64,000 bases of DNA. Origin: Kiritimatiellia bacterium. Its GTDB lineage: Bacteria > Verrucomicrobiota > Kiritimatiellia > RFP12 > UBA1067. Of the stretch, positions 1-9,166 are shown in pieces (the stretch's first letter is position 1; every line of letters starts with the position of its first letter). A program made the position numbers and the translations under genes. The notes beneath the pieces were generated by a model. It was given only the letters and a program-made list of their open reading frames with translations. It ran no database searches and was not told the DNA's origin. The stretch spans positions 30,595-94,594 of the forward strand of contig JBJEWF010000087.1 of NCBI GenBank assembly GCA_051884915.1. Reading direction: 5' to 3'.

Positions 1-2347
1 GTTCGGCGTAGGGCGTCCTGTCCAGAAGGCAGATCTTCAGATCGCTCGAATTGGCCACCGTATTCGCGCCCCAGCTGCGGAGACGGCGATGGACGAGATC
101 GGAGTAGACGTTGTAGTAGTCGGGGCCATACTTGCGGAAAAGATTCGCGCTGGAGAAATCGTAGACGCGCGTTTCTCCGCGCGCCCCGTAGAACGGGAAG
201 AGCAGATCGTCGCGCGTCGTCCAGAACTTGGAGAACGCCGTTGCGCCCGCGGCGCCCGGTGCGGGCGGAAGATCCGTGAAGAAGCAGTCGCGGTCCGGCA
301 CCGTGCAGCCGCGGCGCGGCGTGCAGTTGTCGCCGTTCATCGGCGTCATCGCGGACGACGCCGAAACGCGCACCGGCCCGAAACTCCAGTAGAGACGGCC
401 CTCCGGATCGACGAACCACCACGTTCCCTTCGCGTCCCGGTGCGTCCGGAAGCGGCCAGTGGCTTCCAGCTGCGGACCTTTCGTCCACCCGCCGTATTTG
501 TTCCAGTCCGACGGACCGGGATGCGCCGCCAGGTCCCGGGCTTCGGCCGCGGCGGCCGCCTTCAGGTCGGCGTCGCTCTTCGTCTTGCCCGGCCACTCGC
601 GGAACTTGAACTGGCCGTAGACGTCGATGCAGGGCAGAAAGTCCTTCGTCGGCATCTTCATCCAGTCCGCGTGCGCGTGCGGACCGGGGAAGGCCTTCAT
701 CTTGTTGTCGGGCTGGCCGGGCCGGTAGAAGGAATCGACGATCTCGGCCGGCGTCATCTTCGCCCATTCCAGGCGCAGCGGAACGGCGGTGCGCTCGGCA
801 ATCAGAATCGGCGAGTCCCACATCGGCAGATGCCGGACGACGGTGCGGTCCTTCTGGCGCACGAGATTCCATTCGGGAATCTCGAACACGCGCCCCGTAA
901 TCATGTCCGCCCACACCGGATTCTTGAACTGTCCCCAGACGGGAAGCTCCACCTGGTCGAAGCCCAGCATGTCCTCCGGCCGGCGGTCGTTGTACCAGAA
1001 GAACCAGACGGGACGGCCCAGGCGCGAGAACTTCGCGCAGGTCATTTTCCGCGGCGCCATGTCGCGCGGATCGAAACGGCGCTCCAGCACGAATGGCGCC
1101 GCCACGTCCAATGCGACCGGCAGCGTTTCATCGTCGAAGAAGCTGAACACGTTCTGCATCGCGTAGAAACTCGGGCGGCGATAGACGAATTCCTTCAGCG
1201 TGTTCGAGCGGATGAGGCCGAAACTCTGCAGCATGAACGTGTACTGCAGGTCGATCATCGTGAACACGTTGCACGGGATGGCCCGCGCGGCGTCGCCGAT
1301 CGTCCGGCGGAGATTCCACTTCGCCTGCGAATATTCCGTCCACTCGACGCTGTGGATCGCGTGCGCGAATTCGAGCTGCGCGGGGCAGCCGACTTCGCCC
1401 TGCATGATGTCGTAGGCGCCCGAATAGGATTTCACCAGTTTGCGCAGCGGTTCGGCAAAACCGGCGTAGGAGGTGTCCGGATTCGGCGTATAGGGATGGT
1501 AGATCCAGTATTTGACCAGATCGAGCGCGCCTTCCTTCTTCAGCTTTTCGAGAACGACGGCATAGTCGCTCTTGGCCGGGTCGCGGCCATTCCAGGAGAT
1601 CGCCGTGACGAAGCACGTCGCATGCGGCTGGACTTCACGGATGGCCTTCGCCGTGCGGTAGACCATCTCGGCGTACTCCGTCGCCTGATTGAACGGCTCG
1701 TTCCAGATCTCCCACTCGTCGACCACGTCCTTGTAGCGCGCGACACAGGCTTTGCAATAGCGCAGCCATGCGTCAAAAGCCTCCGGCTTGTCCGTCACCT
1801 GCTTGACGCGCATGCCAAGACGGAAGTCGCTGCCCCACACGGGATTGCCGTAGGAGAGGCAGATCCAGGGCTTGACGCCCATCGCCGCCATCTCGCGGAC
1901 CTGCGGGTCGAGCCAGGTGAAATCGTACGTCCCCTTTTTCTGTTCGGTCTTCGCCCAGCCGGAGAACAGGCGGCCGTGCTTGACGCCCAGCGGCCCCAGC
2001 CAGTTCTTGTAGGCGTTCCAGTCGGCATAGTCGCGGTCCAGCGTCTCGCAGCCGATCGACCACTTCGATCCCTTGATCTCTTTGGCGTCGCGAACGGCCA
2101 GCCGGCCGATTTCCTTCATGCCGGGATCCAGCCGGTTCAGCTTCTCCCAGGTGACGCATCGCTTTTCCTTCGGCGCCACCGGCTTCTTGTGGTCGTCCCA
2201 CGCATCCCAGCTTTTGATTTTCGCGGCGTCCTTGAACGACACGACGCCCGGCGCCGCGGGAGCGTCCGCCCGGCAGACGAATGACGCGGCCGCGCCGGCC
2301 AGCATCGCGAAAGCAAATGTCCTTCCCATGAATCCCCCTTGTTCCAT
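1..2347 (-). CDS. Secreted glycoside hydrolase with a clan GH-A-like N-terminal catalytic domain, followed by a region paralogous to the 47846..50011 protein. The 3' end runs off the window.
   Basis: Absent from the ORF track because no stop lies in the window. The minus frame phased on 2347 is open down to base 1, and the short minus ORFs in the track are in the other two frames. ATG 2347 lies 3 nt after AAGGAGGA (2351-2358); a second in-frame ATG is at 2329. The N-terminus [29 protein letters not shown] is signal-peptide-like. DEWEIWNEP and IMQGEVG resemble the GH-A acid/base and nucleophile strands. The distal part ([61 protein letters not shown]) parallels the 47846..50011 protein. Confidence 0.8.
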   Translation of the reverse strand, partial: MEQGGFMGRTFAFAMLAGAAASFVCRADAPAAPGVVSFKDAAKIKSWDAWDDHKKPVAPKEKRCVTWEKLNRLDPGMKEIGRLAVRDAKEIKGSKWSIGCETLDRDYADWNAYKNWLGPLGVKHGRLFSGWAKTEQKKGTYDFTWLDPQVREMAAMGVKPWICLSYGNPVWGSDFRLGMRVKQVTDKPEAFDAWLRYCKACVARYKDVVDEWEIWNEPFNQATEYAEMVYRTAKAIREVQPHATCFVTAISWNGRDPAKSDYAVVLEKLKKEGALDLVKYWIYHPYTPNPDTSYAGFAEPLRKLVKSYSGAYDIMQGEVGCPAQLEFAHAIHSVEWTEYSQAKWNLRRTIGDAARAIPCNVFTMIDLQYTFMLQSFGLIRSNTLKEFVYRRPSFYAMQNVFSFFDDETLPVALDVAAPFVLERRFDPRDMAPRKMTCAKFSRLGRPVWFFWYNDRRPEDMLGFDQVELPVWGQFKNPVWADMITGRVFEIPEWNLVRQKDRTVVRHLPMWDSPILIAERTAVPLRLEWAKMTPAEIVDSFYRPGQPDNKMKAFPGPHAHADWMKMPTKDFLPCIDVYGQFKFREWPGKTKSDADLKAAAAAEARDLAAHPGPSDWNKYGGWTKGPQLEATGRFRTHRDAKGTWWFVDPEGRLYWSFGPVRVSASSAMTPMNGDNCTPRRGCTVPDRDCFFTDLPPAPGAAGATAFSKFWTTRDDLLFPFYGARGETRVYDFSSANLFRKYGPDYYNVYSDLVHRRLRSWGANTVANSSDLKICLLDRTPYAE

Positions 2348-2361
2348 GAATCCTCCTTGTC
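2326..2361 (-). repeat. 18-bp tandem duplication carrying the ribosome-binding site and start codon
   Basis: Plus-strand units ccatgaatcccccttgtt (2326-2343) and ccatgaatcctccttgtc (2344-2361) match at 16 of 18 positions. On the minus strand each unit reads purine-rich SD-like + ATTC + ATG. This gives two in-frame ATGs (2347, 2329) six codons apart. Confidence 0.85.
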
Positions 2362-2367
2362 GTCCCG

Positions 2368-2376
2368 ATTATACCA
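2368..2376 (-). promoter_or_regulatory. Extended -10 promoter element TGGTATAAT for the edge glycoside hydrolase gene
   Basis: Minus strand reads TTTGGTATAATcgggacgacAAGGAGGAttcATG. The TGn + TATAAT element lies 20 nt upstream of ATG 2347 with the SD in between. The -35 region overlaps the uvrA stop and is poor. Confidence 0.6.
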
Positions 2377-2394
2377 AAATTCCCGATCAGCCGA

Positions 2395-5220
2395 TCAGGA
2401 CAGGAATCTCCCGGTCAGACTTTCCTTGCAGGCGCGGATGTCGGCCGGCGTTCCCTCGGCCACGAGGTATCCGCCCGCGTCGCCGCCGCCGGGTCCCAGA
2501 TCGACGATCCAGTCCGCGCATTTCATCACGTCCACGTTATGTTCGATGACCACCACCGTGTTGCCGCTTTCGCGCAACTTCAGGAGCAGGTTCATCAGCT
2601 TCGAGACGTCGTCGAAATGAAGGCCCGTCGTCGGTTCGTCCAGCAGATAGAGCGTCCGGCCCGTCGACCGTTTCGAGAGTTCCGCCGCCAGCTTGATACG
2701 CTGCGCCTCGCCGCCCGAAAGCGTGGTCGCCGGCTGGCCCAGGCCGATGTAGCCCAGCCCGACGTCCACGAGCGTCTTCAGCCTGGAAGCGAGTTTCGGC
2801 ACCTTCGCGAAGAATTCATGGGCTTCGGCCACGGTCATTTCCAGCACGTCGGAAATCGTCTTGCCCGCGTACTTGACCTCCAGCGTCTCCTTGTTGAAGC
2901 GCTTGCCGCCGCACTGTTCGCACGTCACGTAGACATCCGGCAGGAAGCTCATCTCCAGTTTGCGCACGCCATCGCCGCCGCAGACCTCGCACCGGCCGCC
3001 CTTCACGTTGAAGCTGAACCGCCCCGCCGTGTAGCCGCGCGCGCGCGCGCCCTCCGTTTTGGCGAAGAGCTCGCGGATGTCCGAGAAGAACCCCACGTAG
3101 GTGGCCGGATTCGAGCGCGGCGTCCGGCCGATCGGGCTCTGGTCGATTTCGATGACCTTGTCGATATGCTCGACGCCCGTGAGTTTCCGGAACTTGCCGG
3201 GCGCCCGTTTGGAATGGTAGAAGCGCCGCATCAGTTCGCACTTGAGCGTTTCCTCGATCAGCGTCGATTTGCCGCTGCCGCTCACGCCCGTCACGACCGT
3301 GAACGTCCCCAGGGGAATCCGCACGGTGATGTTCTTGAGGTTATGTTCCGTGCAGCCGCTGATCGTCAACCAGCGACGCCGGCCCGCCGTTGCCGGCGGC
3401 AACGCCCCGCGGTTGCCGGCGATCGACTTGCGGCCCGTCAGATAGTCCGCCGTCAGCGTCCCGCATTTCAGCAGCCCCGCATAGTCGCCCTGGTACATCA
3501 CGCGGCCGCCTTCGCGGCCCGCGCCGGGGCCCAGGTCGATGATGTAGTCGGCCGTCCGCATCATCTCGCCGTCATGTTCCACGACGACCACCGTGTTGCC
3601 GCGGTCGCGCAGCCGTTTGAGCATCGCGATCAGCTTCTCGTTGTCCCGCGGGTGGAGACCGATCGTCGGTTCGTCCAGCACGTAGAGAACGCCCACGAGG
3701 CCGCTGCCGATCTGGGACGCGAGGCGGATGCGCTGCATCTCGCCGCCGGAAAGCGACGACGAGGCGCGGTCGAGCGTGAGGTAGTCGAGGCCGACGTCGT
3801 CGAGGAAGACCAGACGCTTCACGATTTCCTTCAGGACGTCTTTCACCACGGCGTACGCGTCGCCCTGCAGGCTCCTGAAGAACGCCAGCGCGTCCTTGAC
3901 GGGCATGGCCATCACCTCGACGATGCTCCGCCCCGCCACGGTCGCCGCGCGCGATTCGGGGCGCAGCCGCGTCCCATGGCAGTCGGGGCATTCCCGTTCG
4001 TTCTGGTAGGCCTTGAACTTTTCGCGCCGTTCGTCGCTTTCGGCGTTCTCCATCATGCGCTGGACCGTGGCGAGGACGCCTTCGAACGGCTTGTCGCTGT
4101 TGCGCCACGGCAGAACGAGATCGTCGTCGAAGCCATGCATCAGCTTGTGGCGGAAATCGGCGGGAAGCCGTTCGTACGGCGTGTCGAGCCTGACTTTGTA
4201 CTGCTTCGCGATCCGCGCGAGGATTTCGTTGTAGTACATGATCGCCATGTGGCCGGCGCGCCGCCACGGATGGATGCACTCGCGCAGCGGCAGGCTCCTG
4301 TCGGGGACGACCAGGTCCTCGTCGAAATAGTAGAGCGAACCCAACCCGCCGCACTTCGGACAGGCCCCAAAAGGCGAATTGAACGAGAACGACCGCGGCT
4401 TCAGCTCGTCGAAGGAGAGGCCGCAATCGGGACAGGCGTTCTTCTCGGAGAAAACCAGCTGCCGGGGACCTTCGTCCGCCAGCGTCTCGACCAGAACCAG
4501 CCCGCCGCCCGTCTTCAGGCCCAGTTCAACCGAATCGGTCAGGCGCGTCACGAAAGCCGTGTAGGCCTGCCCGTCCGTCTCCTCCTTCGCGCGCATCACC
4601 AGACGGTCGACGACGACGTCGATCGAGTGGTTCTTCTTCCGGTCGAGTTCGGGGACCTCTTCGAGGGCGGTCACGGCGCCGTCCACGCGGACGCGGACGA
4701 AACCGGCCCGCTTGATTTCCGCGAGAACGTCTTCATGGCGGCCCTTGCGCCCTTTCACGACGGGCGCGTAGAGAATGAACTTCGTCCCCGACGGAAGCTT
4801 CAGCAGCGCATCGACGATCTGTTCCGCGCTCTGGTGCCGGACCGGCCGGCCGCATTTCGGACAGTGCGGCACGCCGACCGAGCCCCAGAGGATGCGCAGG
4901 TAGTCGTGGATTTCCGTCACCGTGGCGACGATCGAGCGCGGATTGCCGCCCGTTGTGCGCTGTTCGATGGCAATTGCGGGGGACAGTCCCTCGATGCGTT
5001 CCACGTCGGGCTTCTGCATCTGGTCGAGAAACTGGCGCGCGTAGGCGCTCAGCGATTCGACATAGCGCCGCTGGCCCTCCGCATACAAGGTGTCAAACGC
5101 CAAAGACGACTTGCCGCTGCCCGACAGCCCCGTCACCACCGTGAGCGAGTTCCGCGGAATCCGGACATCCACATTGCGCAAATTATGGACCTTCGCGCCT
5201 TCAATGATTATATCTGACAT
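2395..5220 (-). CDS. uvrA: Excinuclease ABC subunit A
   Basis: 941-aa track ORF. Contains two ABC ATPase modules ([44 protein letters not shown]), zinc-finger cysteines ([30 protein letters not shown]) and the typical UvrA N-terminus [16 protein letters not shown]. Confidence 0.97.
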   Translation of the reverse strand: MSDIIIEGAKVHNLRNVDVRIPRNSLTVVTGLSGSGKSSLAFDTLYAEGQRRYVESLSAYARQFLDQMQKPDVERIEGLSPAIAIEQRTTGGNPRSIVATVTEIHDYLRILWGSVGVPHCPKCGRPVRHQSAEQIVDALLKLPSGTKFILYAPVVKGRKGRHEDVLAEIKRAGFVRVRVDGAVTALEEVPELDRKKNHSIDVVVDRLVMRAKEETDGQAYTAFVTRLTDSVELGLKTGGGLVLVETLADEGPRQLVFSEKNACPDCGLSFDELKPRSFSFNSPFGACPKCGGLGSLYYFDEDLVVPDRSLPLRECIHPWRRAGHMAIMYYNEILARIAKQYKVRLDTPYERLPADFRHKLMHGFDDDLVLPWRNSDKPFEGVLATVQRMMENAESDERREKFKAYQNERECPDCHGTRLRPESRAATVAGRSIVEVMAMPVKDALAFFRSLQGDAYAVVKDVLKEIVKRLVFLDDVGLDYLTLDRASSSLSGGEMQRIRLASQIGSGLVGVLYVLDEPTIGLHPRDNEKLIAMLKRLRDRGNTVVVVEHDGEMMRTADYIIDLGPGAGREGGRVMYQGDYAGLLKCGTLTADYLTGRKSIAGNRGALPPATAGRRRWLTISGCTEHNLKNITVRIPLGTFTVVTGVSGSGKSTLIEETLKCELMRRFYHSKRAPGKFRKLTGVEHIDKVIEIDQSPIGRTPRSNPATYVGFFSDIRELFAKTEGARARGYTAGRFSFNVKGGRCEVCGGDGVRKLEMSFLPDVYVTCEQCGGKRFNKETLEVKYAGKTISDVLEMTVAEAHEFFAKVPKLASRLKTLVDVGLGYIGLGQPATTLSGGEAQRIKLAAELSKRSTGRTLYLLDEPTTGLHFDDVSKLMNLLLKLRESGNTVVVIEHNVDVMKCADWIVDLGPGGGDAGGYLVAEGTPADIRACKESLTGRFLS

Positions 5221-5231
5221 AGGTGGCGGCT

Positions 5232-5260
5232 ATTCTACCATAATGGCTCCATCCCCGTAA
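5232..5260 (-). promoter_or_regulatory. Sigma70-type promoter TTACGG-17-(TGG)TAGAAT upstream of uvrA
   Basis: Minus strand reads TTACGGggatggagccattaTGGTAGAATagccgccacctATG. The -10 ends 11 nt before ATG 5220 and no SD is visible. Confidence 0.6.
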
Positions 5261-5378
5261 CGGCCGCGACAGACGGCGCGGCACCGCGCGCCGTCGGCCG
5301 GGCGGCCGCAGACGGAGGGAGCGGCCCGTCGATTCGCCGCGGTCCGGCATCATGCGGCCGGCGCGGGCGCATCCGGTC

Positions 5379-7478
5379 CTACCATCCGCCCCGATCGCCA
5401 AAGCGCAGGATCCACTCGTCCACCGATCCGAACATCGGGTGGCAGTTCGAGTAGACGTCGTCGGACTCCTTCCACGTTTCCCACAATGTCGTCGCGCCGC
5501 GGTCCAGCATGTACAGCCAGCCGGGAAAGCCCTTGTGCCGCACGATCTTCTCGGCCACGTCGCGCCGCCCGTGTTCCGAGAGATACATCAGCATGTAGCG
5601 CGTCGCGAAGATGCCCGTCGTGGGAGCGTGGCCCCTGTTCTCGATCGCCGACACGAGAGCCTTTTCGGCGGCGGCGATCTGGCCGTCCGGGACAAGCCCC
5701 AGATAGAGGGCGATGGCCTGTGCGCTTTGCGTTCCATTCGCCACAACGCCCTCCTTCACGTAGGCGTCCGCAAATGCCTTTCCGATCTTCGCCGCGATCG
5801 CCGCGAACGCCCGCGCCTCGTCGGACCGGCCCAGCATCTCGGCGAAGGTCGCGGTCAGCCGCACGAATTCATGCCAGTGCGCCGTGGCCGTGACGGCGTC
5901 GGGCGCCCGTTCCAGCGCCTCGTGATCGCCGATGCACTGCGGGACGATGCCGGTCGGGCATTGCGCGTCGACGAGCCGGACGTAGCGCGCGCAGACGGGA
6001 TAGAAGGCCAGCGCGCGACTCTTCACGTCGGGATAGTGGCGGATCAGGGCGTCCATCAGCACGGGGACGACCACGGCCCAGCTGATGGGGCCCGCGCGTC
6101 CGCCAAATCCCCTGTCGGCGATGCCCACGTACGGCGCCGTCTCCGTCAGCCAGCCGTCTTCCGCGGCCTCGTCCGCGAAGTCCTGCAGCGTCTTCAGGTA
6201 GAATTCGCGCATGTCCCAATTCAGCATGTACGCTTCGCACGTGCTGACGATATCGCCGCCGTAGCCAAGCCGTTCACGCCCCGGACAATCGCTTTGGACG
6301 CCGCCGATCGCATTGGCAAGGAACGTGCGCCGGCAGATCTCGTGGATCCGCCCGAAATCGGGATGGGCGGGCTGGAATTTCCGGGCGGCGGCCGTCTCGC
6401 GCAACGCCGGCGCGAGAATCTGCATTTCCGCGCTTGACGGCCCTTCCAGCAGACGGTCGTAGTTTCGCACCTCCGCGTAGCGGAAGACGTGCCAGGTCAG
6501 ACGGGGCGAAAAGACCTCCGCGCCGTGGAACGACCCCTTGCAGTCCCGCGTGCCGAACACGTAGACGTCGCGCTGGCAGGCGACCGCAGGCGCGCCGGGT
6601 CCTCCGTTTCCGCATTTGATCTGGCCGGCCGTCTGCGTCAGGACGTTCACGCTTCCATCGGGATTCAACCGCTCGCCGTAGACGATCTCGATCCGCTGGC
6701 CCTTCCTCTGCCCGCCGAACATGAACCGGGGAATCGCCGTCGCGTTGACGCCGAAATCCACGACCTGGACCTCGCCCTGCTTCAGCCATTTCGATCGGCC
6801 GGGAATCGCAAGACCCGCCAGCGTGGGCGGCGCCTCGCGACGGACAAGACGCCCGCGGGGCCCCGCGACTTCCACGGCGGGCCGCCAACACGCATCCTCC
6901 TCGCGCGCCCAATCGTATTCTTCGCCCAGATAGATGCAATTGCGGATCACGCGCGACCGGCGCCACGTCCATTTCAGGGGCTGCGAGACGCCCTTGATCC
7001 GCGCCTTGAAACACGGCCGCCCGTGGGCCAGCCCATTCCGGAAACACCGCGTCCCCCAGAACCGCAGCGGCGGAAGGTTGTAGAACCCGTTGCCAAGCGT
7101 GACGGAAATCGAATTCCGCTGCGGATGCGGCCGGCGGACGTCCGGACGGAATTCCAGGCGTTCCACGTAGACCGTGCGGTCGTACGGACTCCACAGCGGC
7201 ATCACCGCCGCATCGTTCTTGGGCGGTTTCCCGTTGAGGCGGACCCGGCAATAGCCCGCGCAGGCGATCTCGACGACGATCTCTCCCGTGCCGGGCGGCA
7301 GAACGAAGTCCGCGCGGAATTCCGGGGCCGGATCCTCGCCGTAGAAGTCGGCCTCGTTCGCCGGCGGCGGCCGCCCGTCGCCAAGCCACGGCAGCTTTTC
7401 GAGCCGCTCCACGCTGCCGAAAACCGCCATCTGCGCGCATGCCGCCACCAGAACCGCCAATCCCAGCCTCTTCACCAT
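5379..7478 (-). CDS. Secreted alpha-L-rhamnosidase-like glycoside hydrolase (GH78-like)
   Basis: Track ORF 5379..7526. GGVQSDCPGRERLGYGGD resembles the DCPxRERLGWxGD signature of bacterial rhamnosidases, and the length and the C-terminal (alpha/alpha)6-like half fit the family. I moved the start to ATG 7478 (MVKRLGLAVLVAACAQMAVFG, signal peptide). ATG 7526 would overlap trmD. Confidence 0.75.
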   Translation of the reverse strand: MVKRLGLAVLVAACAQMAVFGSVERLEKLPWLGDGRPPPANEADFYGEDPAPEFRADFVLPPGTGEIVVEIACAGYCRVRLNGKPPKNDAAVMPLWSPYDRTVYVERLEFRPDVRRPHPQRNSISVTLGNGFYNLPPLRFWGTRCFRNGLAHGRPCFKARIKGVSQPLKWTWRRSRVIRNCIYLGEEYDWAREEDACWRPAVEVAGPRGRLVRREAPPTLAGLAIPGRSKWLKQGEVQVVDFGVNATAIPRFMFGGQRKGQRIEIVYGERLNPDGSVNVLTQTAGQIKCGNGGPGAPAVACQRDVYVFGTRDCKGSFHGAEVFSPRLTWHVFRYAEVRNYDRLLEGPSSAEMQILAPALRETAAARKFQPAHPDFGRIHEICRRTFLANAIGGVQSDCPGRERLGYGGDIVSTCEAYMLNWDMREFYLKTLQDFADEAAEDGWLTETAPYVGIADRGFGGRAGPISWAVVVPVLMDALIRHYPDVKSRALAFYPVCARYVRLVDAQCPTGIVPQCIGDHEALERAPDAVTATAHWHEFVRLTATFAEMLGRSDEARAFAAIAAKIGKAFADAYVKEGVVANGTQSAQAIALYLGLVPDGQIAAAEKALVSAIENRGHAPTTGIFATRYMLMYLSEHGRRDVAEKIVRHKGFPGWLYMLDRGATTLWETWKESDDVYSNCHPMFGSVDEWILRFGDRGGW

Positions 7479-7516
7479 TTCATTTCCCGCCTTTCCCGTC
7501 AATCGCGCCCCTCCGC

Positions 7517-8254
7517 TCACGGACATCCGAACGTCCCGCCCATCTCCAGCAGATCGGGCCGGCGGCGGCTCGTCAAATCAATCGCCTGGCGCTTGCGCCA
7601 GGTCGCGGCCCGAGCATGATCGCCGCTGACGAGGACCCCGGGGACGGCCATGCCCCGAAAGACGGGCGGCCGCGTGTACTGGGGCGCCTCCAGCAGACCC
7701 TCCGTCCCGAAGGACTCGTTCGCCGTCGCCTCGGCCCCGCCGCCGAGGACGCCCGGCAGAAGCCGCACGGTCGAATCGACCATCGCCGCGACGGGAATTT
7801 CCCCGCCGGTCAGGACAAAATCGCCCATCGACACTTCGTCCGTCACCAGACGGCGGACGCGCGCGTCGATCCCCTCGTAATGGCCGCAGAGGAACACCAG
7901 ATGCGCCTCGCCGGCGAATTCCTCCGCCTTCCGCTGCGTATAGGGCGCGCCGGCCGGCGTCGTCAGGACGATGCGGCTCTTCCTGGCGGGCGGCTCCGTC
8001 CGCCCCCCGGCGTGTTCGTAGGACGCCACGCATGTTTCGATGGCATCGTACCAGACGTCCGGCTTCATCAGCATGCCGGGCCCGCCGGAATAGGGCTTGT
8101 CGTCCACGGTACGCCGCCGATCGCGGGAGAAATCGCGGAGATCGACCGTCCGCACGGCGACTTTTCCCGCGCGCGCCGCCCGGGCGACCATGCTCTCGCC
8201 GAGGAACCCGCGGAACATCTCGGGGAAGACGGTGATGATGTCGATGGAAAGCAT
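7517..8254 (-). CDS. trmD: tRNA (guanine37-N1)-methyltransferase
   Basis: MLSIDIITVFPEMFRGFLGESMVARA...DDKPYSGGPGMLMKPD...LCGHYEGIDARV is typical TrmD. I moved the start to ATG 8254, which sits 6 nt after a TGTTATAAT element. The track start 8308 lies upstream of the rplS terminator. Confidence 0.93.
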   Translation of the reverse strand: MLSIDIITVFPEMFRGFLGESMVARAARAGKVAVRTVDLRDFSRDRRRTVDDKPYSGGPGMLMKPDVWYDAIETCVASYEHAGGRTEPPARKSRIVLTTPAGAPYTQRKAEEFAGEAHLVFLCGHYEGIDARVRRLVTDEVSMGDFVLTGGEIPVAAMVDSTVRLLPGVLGGGAEATANESFGTEGLLEAPQYTRPPVFRGMAVPGVLVSGDHARAATWRKRQAIDLTSRRRPDLLEMGGTFGCP

Positions 8255-8260
8255 GGGGCG

Positions 8261-8269
8261 ATTATAACA
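8261..8269 (-). promoter_or_regulatory. Extended -10 element TGTTATAAT, 6 nt upstream of the trmD ATG (candidate leaderless promoter)
   Basis: Minus strand reads ...GGGCCTTTTTTGTTATAATcgccccATG. There is no SD between the -10 and the ATG. Confidence 0.6.
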
Positions 8270-8294
8270 AAAAAGGCCCGCCTTCGGGCGGACC
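8267..8294 (-). terminator. Rho-independent terminator after rplS
   Basis: Minus-strand RNA reads GGUCCGCC-CGAA-GGCGGGCC: an 8-bp stem with one G.U pair and a tetraloop, followed by UUUUUUGU. Confidence 0.8.
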
Positions 8295-8356
8295 TCCTGA
8301 AACGGCACATGGCGAACGCCGCGTCGCGGACTTCACCATCCGCCAGCCGCCACCGC

Positions 8357-8728
8357 CTATTTCTTGCGCAGTTTGCGGACGGCCTTGTGGCTGCAGAACG
8401 TGCGCTCCGTGTAGAGCTTGCTGCGCCAGGACGGGTTGCGCTTGACAACCACGATCTTCTCGACCGCCGGGCTGTTGAACGGGAAAAGCTTCTCGACGCG
8501 CACGCCATAGCTGTCGCGGGAAACCGTGAAGTTGCCCGACGCGTTCTTGATGCCGTTGTCGATTGCGAGGACCTTGCCCTCGAAATCCTGCAGACGGGTC
8601 TTGCCGTCGGCTTCCTTGATGCGCACGGAAACGCGAACCGTGTCGCCCGAATGGAATTCCGGGAACTTCTTGTCGGCGAGCTTCGCCGTCTGTTCCGCGT
8701 TGATTTTGTCCAAAATTGCGATACCCAT
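8357..8728 (-). CDS. rplS: 50S ribosomal protein L19
   Basis: 123 aa. ...FPEFHSGDTVRVSVRIKEADGKTRLQDFEGKVLAI...FTVSRDSYGVRVEKLFPFNSPAVEKIVV matches the L19 pattern, and the gene neighbours rpsP and trmD. Confidence 0.95.
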   Translation of the reverse strand: MGIAILDKINAEQTAKLADKKFPEFHSGDTVRVSVRIKEADGKTRLQDFEGKVLAIDNGIKNASGNFTVSRDSYGVRVEKLFPFNSPAVEKIVVVKRNPSWRSKLYTERTFCSHKAVRKLRKK

Positions 8729-8746
8729 TGTCTCGGACCTTTCTGC

Positions 8747-9043
8747 TTAAGCCTTCTTCTCGGCCTTCCGGCTGCCGGGCTTCTTCGAATGGTGCGGCTT
8801 GAGCTCCGGATTGCGGGCGCGGCGGATGAGGGACGCGACCGTCTCGGAGGGCTTGGCGCCGTGCTTGAGCCAGTCGTCGACACGCGCCAGATCGAGCTGG
8901 AAGTTGTTGTCCTTCATGGCCGTATCGTACCAGCCGAGGATCTCAAGGAACTTGCCGTCGCGGGGCGAACGCTCGTCCGCCGCGACAATGCGATAGGTCG
9001 CATGGTTCTTCGCACCGGTGCGACGCATTCTGATTTTAACCAT
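8747..9043 (-). CDS. rpsP: 30S ribosomal protein S16
   Basis: MVKIRMRRTGAKNHATYRIVAADERSPRDGKFLEILGWYD is a typical S16 N-terminus. 98 aa. Confidence 0.95.
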   Translation of the reverse strand: MVKIRMRRTGAKNHATYRIVAADERSPRDGKFLEILGWYDTAMKDNNFQLDLARVDDWLKHGAKPSETVASLIRRARNPELKPHHSKKPGSRKAEKKA

Positions 9044-9075
9044 TTCTTAACCTCGTTTCGTTGAAAACGGCGCGC

Positions 9076-9104
9076 ATTCTACCATATCGGCGGACTGGAT
9101 GCAA
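9076..9104 (-). promoter_or_regulatory. Sigma70-type promoter TTGCAT-17-(TGG)TAGAAT for rpsP-rplS
   Basis: Minus strand reads TTGCATccagtccgccgataTGGTAGAATgcgcgcc...GAGGTtaagaaATG. The leader is about 25 nt and contains an SD. Confidence 0.75.
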
Positions 9105-9166
9105 GCAGAAACAAGATAAACCGAAATATCGGACGGGCGCCGCCCGAATTGCCGCACGGCAGCCCG

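Noticed and set aside
89-2284. 731-aa plus-strand ORF covering the left end of the window
   Set aside because: It is Arg/Gly/Pro/Ala-rich low-complexity translation with no motif. It lies exactly antisense to a minus-strand frame that has a signal peptide, GH-A motifs and a paralog in the window. This is a typical shadow ORF of a GC-rich genome.
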